Source of the DNA: Dimorphilus gyrociliatus
Taxonomy: Eukaryota > Animalia > Annelida
DNA: 64,000 bases
Direction of reading: 5' to 3'
Assembly (NCBI GenBank): GCA_904063045.1
Contig: CAJFCJ010000046.1
Coordinates: 238,028 to 302,027, forward strand
The notes under the pieces are model-generated. The model had not been told where the DNA came from and ran no database searches. It saw only the letters and a list, made by a program, of their open reading frames with translations. Every line of letters starts with the position of its first letter. Position 1 is the stretch's first letter. The position numbers and the translations under genes were made by a program. Positions 37,160 to 48,700 of this stretch are shown here, piece after piece.

Positions 37160-38450
37160 TTAAAACACTAATTGAATGGAACAACTCCCAATTTGCTTGT
37201 CCATTTGACTCTGAATTAAAACCAATTGATGGCTCATATCCAGATCCAGAAAACTGTGGAATTTATTATCATTGTATCAATGGTACTGCACATCCACAGC
37301 AATGTCCACCTGGACTTTTATTTACCGTTTCCATAACAAACTGCAAATATTCAATACAGGGTCGGGTGCGAACGTACCTGTTAGCAAATATTTACAACCC
37401 TGAAAACATTTTAGGAAAGGGTAAGTTTGAAAATTTGATTGGATTTATTGTTAGAGGGGCTCCAATTTAGGGTTAACACAGATATAACAGTCAACTTCAG
37501 ATATATTGAGGTAGGCTTCAACCCTCCAAGGGTACGTTCGCACCCCCACCCATTCAATACAATTTAATACAACTAATAACACACTAAATATTGAAAAGAA
37601 TGGTTACTATTTTCTCTCAACAACTGGTACAACAGCATTATTGGATACCAACCATTTCTTAATGGACTCATTGAATCTAGGAAATGATATAAGTTTACAT
37701 CAAACATCAAGTTCTAGTAAAGGAACATTTTGTAGATAAGGAATTTATGCTATAACGGCTCTTTATCCCCAACCTTTCATTGAGTTCACTTTTCCAACTG
37801 CAGCTATAAGCAGTGAAGATGGTTTTAAAACATCTTGGTCAGGTTTTAGGTATGAAGCAAACAGTGTATTCTTTGTTGGTCCAAGGTCTGATTTCTCCAC
37901 TGTAAGACAACCAATTCTATTTACCCAGATTGTTTCACTGAGGGGTGTCAGTATAAGTAATGACTATACACATATAAGAATATTATCACCTGGATGGTAT
38001 TTTATCAACTTTGGTGCTGGATTTTTAAATAGAATGCCTTGCAAAGCAAGCATAACATTAAATGGCAAATCTGTATCTTTTGAGAGATCTATAACAAAAA
38101 TTCATGGGAATTCCCTATTCTCTCAAGCATCTAGGGGTATAATTATTAAATTATATGAAAATGACCAGGTATCATTAAAATTGCAGTTAGGCAGTGCAAG
38201 GGCAGGAAGAATATATACTTATGTAGCTGGATTTAAATTAAATGCAACTGAGCAAAGTCCTGCATTTTATGCATATAGAACTAATGATGTAATAATAGCA
38301 TTTAGATCAAAGATAACCTTTAATGCAATTGTCATTGACACAAATTCTAGTTGGAATTCTTCAGAAAATGCTCATAAGGTTGCAATTTCTGGACTCTATC
38401 ATATTGATGTGTCTGTTGGCACATGGCCAAATTCACAATCTATAATATAT
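37160..38450 (+). pseudogene. Truncated paralog of the ChtBD-TSP1-C1q gene
   Basis: First ChtBD near-identical to 39832-40025; second ChtBD and TSP1 absent; C1q 1-3 diverged with stops; ends at a (TA)n next to a Tc1 remnant; upstream 36780-37150 matches 39400-39830. Confidence 0.85.
37359..37551. mobile_element. 193-bp MITE with 10-bp TSD (Mutator-like)
   Basis: TIR GGGTCGGGTGCGAACGTACC / GGTACGTTCGCACCCCCACCC; TSD ATTCAATACA at 37349-37358 and 37552-37561. Confidence 0.9.
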
Positions 38451-38461
38451 ATATATATATA

Positions 38462-39044
38462 CCTGATGGGCTGTCCACTTTGGGTTTGATTTAGATGCCC
38501 TGGTAATTTGCCTTTCCATCTTTGGTGTCACTTTTTTTGGTCTACCACTTCTTTGTTTATCTTTGACAGACTTTAGCTCTTTAAATTTATTTTTTATGTT
38601 TTGAACAGTATTCGGACTACATTTAAAAACCTTTGCCACTTTTCAAATGAATGTTTCAGGTCTTTTCAGACAATTTAAGATAGAAATTTTTGTTGTGTCA
38701 GATAGCTTCACCATTTTATTTTAAATTTGTTAACTCTTTGATTACACATGCGCACACACATGAATGACCTTAAAATCTGGTTAAAAGTGACACTACTCAA
38801 TGATCAGGGTAAATTTTTCGAACATAAATAAAGCTTGCGGTTTTCCATAAATAGGCCTATCATATTAAAGTGATCATATTTCTGAGATTTAAAATGGAAA
38901 ACATATATTTTCTTTCTATAATGATAAGAAGAATATTATTAAATATAATAATATCCATCATTTTCATTCTTTAAGTACAGAAAGGGAAAACATCAAGAAA
39001 ATATTATTTTTTTGAGGTGTAACACTGACTTACCACCTGTACTG
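38462..39044 (-). mobile_element. Truncated Tc1/mariner element
   Basis: Terminus TA|CAGTACAGGTGGTAAG at 39044; paired-like HTH ...SVKDKQRSGRPKKVT. Confidence 0.8.
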
Positions 39045-39831
39045 TATATATTTCACATCAGATATATGTCACTTCATTAGTTCAAAGAGTTGCTTCTATA
39101 AGTTTAAAATTTTTCTTAACATTTAAATTTATTATTTATAATATAAAATTTGGTCTTTAGTAATTTTCAATCAGAGCTCTGGCTATTTTCATCCCACCTT
39201 TAGCCATTTTCTAATCTGGTTATTTTCAATCCTGGATGTTTTCTACCAGTCCCCATAAAGAGAATGGCAAAAGTTTGCTATACTTTTAAAAAAGATAATA
39301 TATTTTCAAGTTGTTAATACAATTATAAGAATAATATTCAAGTTTACTGCTCAATTAGCCTGGAACAGTCAACAAAATATACCTGAAGATGGAAATGAGG
39401 TAATTTGTGTCTTGAAATTGTAAGAATAAAACTTTATACATATATTCACCCCAACAGTTAGCTTTATCTTTTTTAATGCTTATAAATGACTTCTAAAACA
39501 ATAAGATAAAAGAAAAAAACACTTGAAGACAAAAAATTTGATTATAAATGAATGATAGATTATGAATTTGATTTAGATTTCAATAAAATCTCGTTCATTT
39601 CATTTTCTTACCTTATTTCATTTTATCTGTAAAACAACTCTAATCAAAAGCAAAAAAGTAAAATTGTTGGATTTTTCAACTATAAAAGTAACCAAAAATC
39701 TCATTGTTTTATAGTAGACTAAAAAGAAATTATGAAATTCTTAACTACATTTTTAATATGTAAATATTGAATGCATTTTTTATTCTTTCTGTCTCTCTAT
39801 CTCTCTGTTTTTCTTTCTCTCTCTCTAACAG

Positions 39832-41693
39832 TTAAAACACTAATTGAATGGAACAACTCACAGTTTGCTTGTCCATTTGACTCTGAATTAAAACCAATTG
39901 ATAGCTCATATCCAGATCCAGAAAACTGTGGAATTTATTATCATTGTATCAATGGTACTGCACATCCACAGCAATGTCCACCTGGACTTTTATTTACCGT
40001 TTCCATAACAAACTGTAAATATTCCCTATGTGTTGAACCACATCAAGCTGACTGTCTTGGAGGAACTTTGTCTTCAGCAATAATGGAATCAGACATTGCT
40101 ATGGAATGTTCAAAGGATGACATCAACACTTCTGAAAAGACTTGTTACATTAACAATGATGATTGTGAAGGAGGTCAGAATGGAACATTTCCAAATAAAA
40201 ATGATTGTCGACAATACTATCATTGTTATAATGGAGTTGCCTGGCCTCAGCAATGTCCCATAGGCTACTTTTTTAGTCCATCATTAAATATTCGTGATTG
40301 TACAACTAGAATTTGTGTTACAGCAGAAGAATCTAAATGTCCAGTAAAGGGTGGATGGTCTGAATGGTCAAGTTGGAGTAATTGCAATCCACAATGTGGA
40401 GATGGATTACGAACCCGAACAAGAAGTTGTACAAATCCTCCACCATCCAATGGAGGAGAGAAATGTGAAGGAAGTTCAGTTGATATAGATTTATGCTCAA
40501 ATCTTCCATGTAATTTAAATACAAATCCAGCATTCATGGTATCGTTGACAAGAACAACATCAGTTGGAAGGGGAAAGGTCTTTTGGCATAAAGTAAACCA
40601 TAACAATGGAAATCTGTTTAATACAACTACTAATACACTAAATATTGAAAAAAATGGTTTCTATTTTCTTTCAACAACTGGTACTAAAGAACTATCAAAT
40701 ATAAAACATTTCTATATGGACTCATTGAATCTTGGAAGAAAAATAGGCCTACATCAAATGGACAGCTCTGTGAAAGGTACATTCAGTAGATCAGGAATCA
40801 TTGCACTAAGAGCCCTTTATCCTGAACATTACATTCAATTTTATTTTGAAACTGTAGCTGTAAGCAGTGAAGATGGTTTTGAAACATCTTGGTCAGGTTT
40901 TAGGTGTGAAGCAAACAATGTATTCTTTGCTGGTCCAATGTCTGATTTCAATATAGTAGGACAAAAAATTCGACTTAATCAAATTGTTTTACTGTCTGGT
41001 GTCACTCTTACTCAGGGCCAAAAAGATATAATAGTATCATCAGCTGGATGGTATTTTATCAACTTTGGTGCTGGATTTGTAAATAGAATGTCTTGCATAG
41101 TAAGCATAACATTAAATGGCGAATCTGTATCTCATGAGAGATCTTTAGCAAAAAATCATGGGAATTCCCTATACTCTCAAGCATCTAGGGGTATAATTGT
41201 TCAATTGAATGCAAATGACAGGATATCACTAAAATTGCATTTAGGCATTGCAAGGTCAGGAAATATGAACACTTATATAGCTGGATTTAAATTAAATGCT
41301 ACTGAGCAAAGTCCTGCATTCTATGCATATAGAACTGATGATGTAATAATAGTATCTAGGGCAAAGATAGCCTTTAATGCAATTGTCATTGACACAAATT
41401 CTGGTTGGAATTCTTCAGAAAATGTTTATAAGGTTGCAATTTCTGGACTCTATCATATTGACGTGTCTGTTGGAATATGGCCAAATTCACATTCTATAAT
41501 ATATATTATGGTAAACAATGAACAAAGATTAGGTATGAGAAGAGTGAAATTAACACCAAGCTATGAAATAATGAGCAGAGTAGGTTTATTGAGATTGAAA
41601 GTGAATGATAGAGTATCCATAGAGACAAGTACTAATTTACATAGCAGTGATTGGAAATTAACATCATTGTCTTTGTTTTATGTTTCTTCTTAA
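39832..41693 (+). CDS. Protein with 2 chitin-binding type-2 domains, TSP1 and 3 C1q-like domains; first exon not located
   Basis: Acceptor CTAACAG at 39831; YPDPENCGIYYHC..CPPGLLF, FPNKNDCRQYYHC..CPIGYFF; WSEWSSWSNC..CGDGLRTRTRSC; three C1q units (AF...GxYxxS/F...SR...L...D...GF). Confidence 0.9.
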
Positions 41694-43193
41694 AAAAATA
41701 TATCTTTTCTGCTTTTTTCTAATTGTATCTAATTTGTACTGGCGAGGAAGCTTCTTATGATGTCTGGCTGCAGTAGACTAGTTCAATTGATCAATTCCTG
41801 TTTATTGTATTAAGCTCTCTAATTGGTAATAGGGAAAAAAACTTCTCCAATCACATAGTGATGTTTGGACGGTAAAAAACTAACCTTGGTGTTTTTATGA
41901 ATTGTTCCTGTTCCATTTGAAAACATTCTATTTAATGTAGCAATATGGAACTAAAATCAGATTTTTGCTTGTAACTTTGTTGTAACCAGAATGAATTAAT
42001 AAATTCAAACATAAAAAACAGTGTTGTAAACATTCTTTTTTTTCTTGTTTCCGATAATATATAGGCCTTGTTTTTGGTTGGAGAATGTTATTTTTAGTTT
42101 ACTCTTACTAAGTAGCTCTCAGGCAATCTAATAATGAATATTTTTCAAAGCACAAGTAGGCTTAAAAAGTATATTACACGGCTGTGTAAGCATTTTCTTT
42201 AACATTCACCTATATGAATTGCTAGATGTCATTTTCCAACATCAAATTAGCTGATGAATATCCGGCTTAATTATAATGGCATTCTTTGCAGGATAATCAG
42301 ATTTAGAGATTTTATAAAATAATAAGGAATAAGAATTGTCCTATCATAGAAAAGAGACAGAAAGAGAGGGAGAGAGAGATAGAGAAGAAACCATACAAAC
42401 TTGCTGTATAATCTTCCAAGAAAACTAGGATTAATCTGTTTAGAAACAAATTGACAGGTTATAACAAGTCTAGTGTCTAGGTTACCCAGTCAATTTTAAA
42501 ACACATAAACTGTCAAACATGACTGATACCTTCATTTCTTCCACTATGCAAAAATTCAGCAAAATAGTTTTGTCTACAGCACTATTGCATGCTGTTTGTT
42601 GTGAACAATCTCACAAGTTAGTTCTATATCCATCTTCCATCAAATTTACATCTCTTCTAAGTGGCTAACTCCTAATTCGGTTCTATTTGGACAAGTACTT
42701 ACCTACAACCCAACAGCAGGAAAGTACAATGACCAATATGTGGATTTGTTTAGGTCTATAGAAATATTCAATTTCATATACAAAAGCTGGTATCTGGTAA
42801 AAGGTCAAGGAGAAGTGACGAGCAACCATGATTTTGTGAATGATGTGTTGATATATCATATAATACAGAGAGTGTCAACTCTGAATAATCTCTCATAGGC
42901 TAAATGCTAACAGATAAATCAAAATCATTGCAGAGATTACCCAACTATAAAAAGAATGAAATTTATCAGAATGATTCTAAATTTTGAAATTTTGAAATGC
43001 AGTCTTTCCATTCCCTAAATAACAGAAAAGAATCAAAAAGATATGTGTAACAATTACTTAATAGCCAAATAAATGTAGGCTTAAGATCATCTTTCTCTTA
43101 TCATTTATCTCTGATAGTAAATTGGCTATACTTGCAAAATACTTTGGAGAGTTTATGGAGAAGATAAGAGGGGAATAAAAGAGAGAAGTTTAG

Positions 43194-43275
43194 CGCAGTC
43201 GACAGGATTCGAACCTGTGCGGGCAGAGCCCAATAGATTTCTAGTCTATCGCCTTAACCACTCGGCCACGACTGC
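43194..43275 (-). tRNA. tRNA-Ser(AGA)
   Basis: 82 nt GCAGTCGTGGCCGAGTGGTTAAGGCGATAGACTAGAAATCTATTGGGCTCTGCCCGCACAGGTTCGAATCCTGTCGACTGCG; A and B boxes, long variable arm, TTTT terminator at 43180-43177. Confidence 0.97.
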
Positions 43276-43426
43276 TTTACAATAAAAACAGGAAGTAACT
43301 GCCTGTCACTAAGTAAATGTAACAAAACAGTAGATTTTCTCTTATCTTCTTTACTCATGTTACACCTTGTTCAAAACTATTATACTCTTTCACTCTTTTT
43401 CTCTTATTTTTCCCTCCCTTTCTCTT

Positions 43427-43453
43427 CTTCTCTCTCTCTCTCTCTCTCTCTCT
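43427..43453. repeat. (CT)n microsatellite
   Basis: Direct inspection. Confidence 0.85.
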
Positions 43454-43820
43454 TTATCCTCCTGTCCCTCCCATTTATTTTTAAACAAGGAAGTATAAAA
43501 AAGGAGAATAAAATACTTTGAACTGCTGAGAAAAAACAACAAAGCATATTGTGAAAAGGATTATTATAAAGCTATGTAGGAATTTTAACAATCACGTGAC
43601 CTACTAGGCCACTCTTCCCATAGTTAATAGTTTGACACTATTGAAGAACAATATTGACAATAGGCCTTCAAAAGTTGATTTTATTTAATCTTAAAAAGAA
43701 TATTATAAGTAAACAATTGTTAAATGTATGCATAACAGAGATTATAGTCCTTCTTTACCTGTCTGCCCTACCCAAATAAAAATTCTTCTTCTTTTATCAG
43801 TTATTCTCTTTTTCTCCCTT

Positions 43821-44735
43821 TCAATATCTAAACAATCTGAACACAGGGTATTGCTCTTGATTTTGCAGATGGTACTGTTGTTGTTGTTGTTGTTGTTGTT
43901 TTTGTTGTGAATGGTAGTTGTCGTACTGATGATGCGGATGCAATTGTAGAGCCTCCTTTTGATGTTGATAAATTTGGTGAAAATTAGACGGGTTTATATT
44001 CAATTGATTTGGGTAGTTTCTATTAGAGATATACTCGTCACTTAGGGCTCTATAATCATATCCTTTTGGATAATGATTCCTCATATTTCTATTTTCTTCA
44101 TTATAGTCGACGCTATAATCATCTGAGTTGGTTACTATCGATTCGTCATCATCGTCTTCCTGATGAAAAGCTCTAAACGAGAATATTGCGTTAAGAATCG
44201 CCAAAGCGCTTGTCATGCAAGCCATATAGAAGGCGACGTGAAACTGTCCATCCTCTCCAATGATATTACTCAGGAAGAGAGCCCAAGCAATAATTGAAGC
44301 CAACGAGCAGAGTATGGAAAACCATCCTATTATTTGCTTGTTCAACGGATAAGATAGACTTTTGGTTAGTTGAGAAATTATACAAGAAAACCATGCTATT
44401 ACTATGGAAACTGCTGAGCCAATAAACAAGCTTTTCGTCGCTCTGAACCAATCATCTACAAATGATCTTTGATTAGTATCACTACGTTCTTCTATCTCTG
44501 AACTAAACTAACCTGAAGAATATTTAAAATTTGATGAATCAATACTCTCGCAGCGCATTGATTTGTTAACCGTGTTACATATCTTAAACAATCCTATTTC
44601 AATGGTTCCTTGATTCGTACTCTCGAATTTAAACCAACTGTTTAATCCAATAGCCATACCACTAAGGGCAATATTCACTGGTAGTCCAATGAACAAGAGA
44701 ACTTTAATTGTTACTGGCTGTCTATCAAATGCCAT
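43821..44735 (-). CDS. Claudin/PMP22/EMP-like tetraspan protein, 2 exons, 285 aa, polyQ tail
   Basis: Exons 44735-44513 and 44455-43821 (57-nt GT-AG intron, 858 nt in frame); W...GLFKIC...C loop motif; four TM segments. Confidence 0.88.
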
Positions 44736-44778
44736 TCTCGTATCCTGCACAAACTGTAGCCAATCACACAGCCAGAGT

Positions 44779-44850
44779 AGGAGAGAGAGACAGAGAAACA
44801 GACAGGGAGACAGACAGAGAGAGAGAGAGAGAGAGAGAGAGCAGAGAAAG
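44779..44850. repeat. GA-rich microsatellite upstream of the claudin-like gene
   Basis: Direct inspection. Confidence 0.8.
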
Positions 44851-45782
44851 AGGGAGGGGGTAAGAAAAAAAGGTAACTACAGTTTCCGCTTATTTTAAGC
44901 AATCAATATCTATAAATCCTATAAGAATGGGGCTGGCAATGATAGGCCAAAGATAGCAAATAATTTTTTTCACTACCTCCACCACCACCACCAGCATACT
45001 ACTTGTACAAAATATTATGGAAAGCAATTTTTATTTCTCTTTACAAACACTTTAAAGATGTTTGTCAACATTTTTAACAAATAGATAATAGGACAAACTA
45101 TCAATTAGGTCAATGAAACAAATAATATCACTGTTGAGTAGGCTAAAAGCATAATGATCTATAACAAATAATAAAGACACTTCATCTTTTCAGTTCCAAC
45201 CGTTGTAACAGTCTTTTCAAAGTGTTTCCGTATGAATAAATGTCTTCCTTGTCAGCGTTATCTTGCAATCCTCCAATGTCAATCATTGACAATATCCATA
45301 TTCTCTTTTTACTCTTCCTGTCCTAAAGAAAAAAAACAATATCTATTTTTAACTGGGTCTTTCATTTCATATTCAAACAAGAGTTCTATCATCCAACCTG
45401 AAAAAATATGGCGTCTAATGAGATTTTACCCATCAGCACAAAATCGAGTGAATGACAAAATGTTACTGCTGTTATTACATTTCTAGAAATTTCTAGAATA
45501 TTATTAATTGTTAAACTCAATAGAGAATTCTTGTAATCTGCTAAACTGTTCAAAGGTTTGTAGACACAGAGAAAATTCTTGTTCATTTCACTCATAAAAG
45601 TACAATCTATAAGACAAACATTTCATTTTAAATTTGAAAAAATTGTTTGACAAACATTTTAAATATTCAAAAAAAAAAGAATTCTCACTTTTTTCCAAAT
45701 GTTTATTTACAACCATTTTCAAATGTTGCTCACTGAAAAAGAATTATCTTTCTCGCTCTGTTTTTCTTTCTCTTTTGTATTT

Positions 45783-48700
45783 TTAAAATTTTAATACTAA
45801 GACAAACTTTTTAATTTTCTTCCTATTCAAACTCATTATGACAAACTCTTTTATATCGTTAAAAGTGTAGAGAAATGGATTAATAACAGAATTCATTGGT
45901 AAGACAACAATGACAATTGCAGTATACAATTCTTTGGATATAACTAAATTGAAAAATGCTGAATACATTCCTGGTAACAAAATTTTTTTTTTTTAAAAAA
46001 AATTCCAAATTTTTATGACAAACAAACCTAAAAATGAAATTGGAAACCAACACAAAACGTTTGTTATAACAATTAAAAATGCTTTTAATTTTATCTTTTT
46101 CTGTTGAGTTTTAAATTTAGATTTTCCAAGAAGATTTTTAGATTCCAATGTTTTTTTCCAAATTATAAAATAAAGAAGACAAATTACTAGACAAACAATA
46201 CTTATGAAACAGCCAAACAATAGAAATGAATAAAACCATCCCTCCTTCTTTTCGCTGGAAATATGCAGCGTAAAACATATTGAACTCTTCGAGTAGTAAT
46301 CCTGTAAAAATTCAATTTGAGCTCATTTCTAATCTACTTCCGGTTTTTTTTAAATAATAAAAGTATTCAAACACTATAAATGATAAGAGGTAGAATAGAA
46401 AATAGACTTGATAGGCAAACTATGACAAACATAACAATGAGTAATGTCAAAGCTGATTGAAAAATCTTTAACCAAGGATAAATGATTATCTGAAATCTTT
46501 CAATTGTTATAAATAATAGACTAAGTGCAGATAGAAGAATTGAAAAACTGCAAAATAGTCCAACAATTGAACAAGTTAAACTTTTCCTCCATTTAAAATC
46601 ATTTTCAATATAATCTCCTTTAAACGTTAAATCTGCAATTCCAATTGAAATAAAATAGGCTGAAGTGATAAAATCCGAAAATGCTAAACTAAGATTGAAG
46701 ACATTCAATCTTTTCTCGGTGATAAAAATTCCAAATATTAATGACGTAATATTTTCAAAAAATGCTAAACAACTGAATATCCATAATAGAACTCTTAATA
46801 GTTTGGATTCTAGGAGATCGGCACAAGAATTGAACAAGGATGTACTAGGTTGACAATCTTCTATTTTCTTGGCATATTTCCAAGCAAAGCAGCATAATTC
46901 GAAATAATTACTGTTCAAATTCTGTAGATTATTCAAATACTGCACATAGTATTTACCAATACTCATATCGATAACTGAATGCTCTAGTGAAAGATTTTCC
47001 AATTTGAAAAGATACGAAAATGACTGTTTGTCAACTGCTTTTATACGACAATAACTTAAATCTAAATGTCGAAGATTATATGAATTATTGAAAATATTCT
47101 TTGAAAGTTTTGTAATGTTTGTCCTTGACAGATCCAACAGAATCAAATTTTTAAACCAACCAAATGAAAATTCAATGTGTAAGACGATACTATTTTTACG
47201 AAGAATGAGAATTTGTAAAAGTTTTAACAGATTGCTATTGAAATCTTGAAATGATATTGCAACATTCCTGGTCAAGTTGAGTACTATCAAATTGGGAAAT
47301 TTCATCGCAATATCAATTAGTCTGATCCTACTCTTAGCAATTTTCAAATAGGATAGACAGAAATAGGTTCTACGAAAAAGTAGGTCAGAAGTAACATTAT
47401 AGTTTAAGGCATAAAGATTCTTCCAAAATAATTGTCCAGTTACGTTAAAGCGTTGCGTTGTTGGCTTTTTAAAATTACATTCTATAGAATAGAAATTCTG
47501 ACAAATGCAATTGTCAGGGCAGAATTTTGAAGTATTGCAGTACAATTCGTCACTTCCCTTCAGACAGTCAACAATCTCATTACAAACATCTGAGAGAAGA
47601 ATGAAATATCTCTCTTCTCTACATTTGAAATATCCTCTAGGTAGAAAATTTCCTATTATGTGGAAATATGGGGAATGTATTCATTTTGAAAGAAAAATTC
47701 CAAGGTTAAAGAAGGTCAACAAACCGCAATCAATTTCATCGTCGTACTCATCGCAATGTACAACTCCATCGCAAACTTGCTTAATTGATATACAATAATG
47801 CTGATTTCTACACAAATACTCACCAATATTGCAGTTGTTAATTTTGCAGTCGTTTAAAGTCATATACGGATAGTGAACCTTATTTAATAGAATTCCTGTC
47901 GAATCGTATTCTATCCTGCAATTTATCATACTCCTGAACACATCTTCGTGTACACGGTTGCAGAATTGAACAGAATTTTCAATTTGAAATCTTTTATAGC
48001 AAGATTCAATGCTTTCGTCATTTCCATCCATACAATCATTTTGAAAATCGCACAGTTTTTGTGTAGGAATACATTTTCCATCGCAAAAATGAAATTGTTT
48101 GTCATTACTGCAATCTTTTAACCCAAAACCGCAAAAGCGTTAAGGTAAATTCAGTATTTTGAAAAAAAGAATAGTAATTACTTTGAATTTTAATTTTTTC
48201 AAATATATTTAGTTTTCCATCTATCGAACAGATTTCGTCACTTCCGTCTATACAATTGATATTGCTGTTGCAGAATTTCTCCGTCTCTAAGCATTCTTTA
48301 TTCTTGCAGCTGTTGTTGTTGTTTTTTTTTTGGAAGTAGATGGGTTTGTTTGTTTGTTTTAAAATGTTTGTCTAACCTTTGACCTCGGAGACAGACTTCC
48401 CTTTCTGGGGAATGGAAAGAGAAATAAAAAAGAATATAGTTCATTGATCTCCTCATTGATTTAAAATGTAATTAAACCGCAATTGTTCTCATCATTTCCG
48501 TTGGGACAATTTGGAATATGATCGCACACGAGTTTGTAATTAATTCTTATACCATCAACTCCACAATCATACTCTTCGAAAAATGGACAATTATCCTCAT
48601 CCTCACCGGAAATACAATCTTTCTGGCCATCACACTGATAAATTCTATTAATACAAATATTATCCACTAAACAATGGAATAGAGTATGAGAGCACGTGAC

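Noticed and set aside
45232-45595. Extra C-terminal exon of the GRL101-like gene
   Set aside because: The 7TM already has a stop at 45783 after TM7; these frames show no motif
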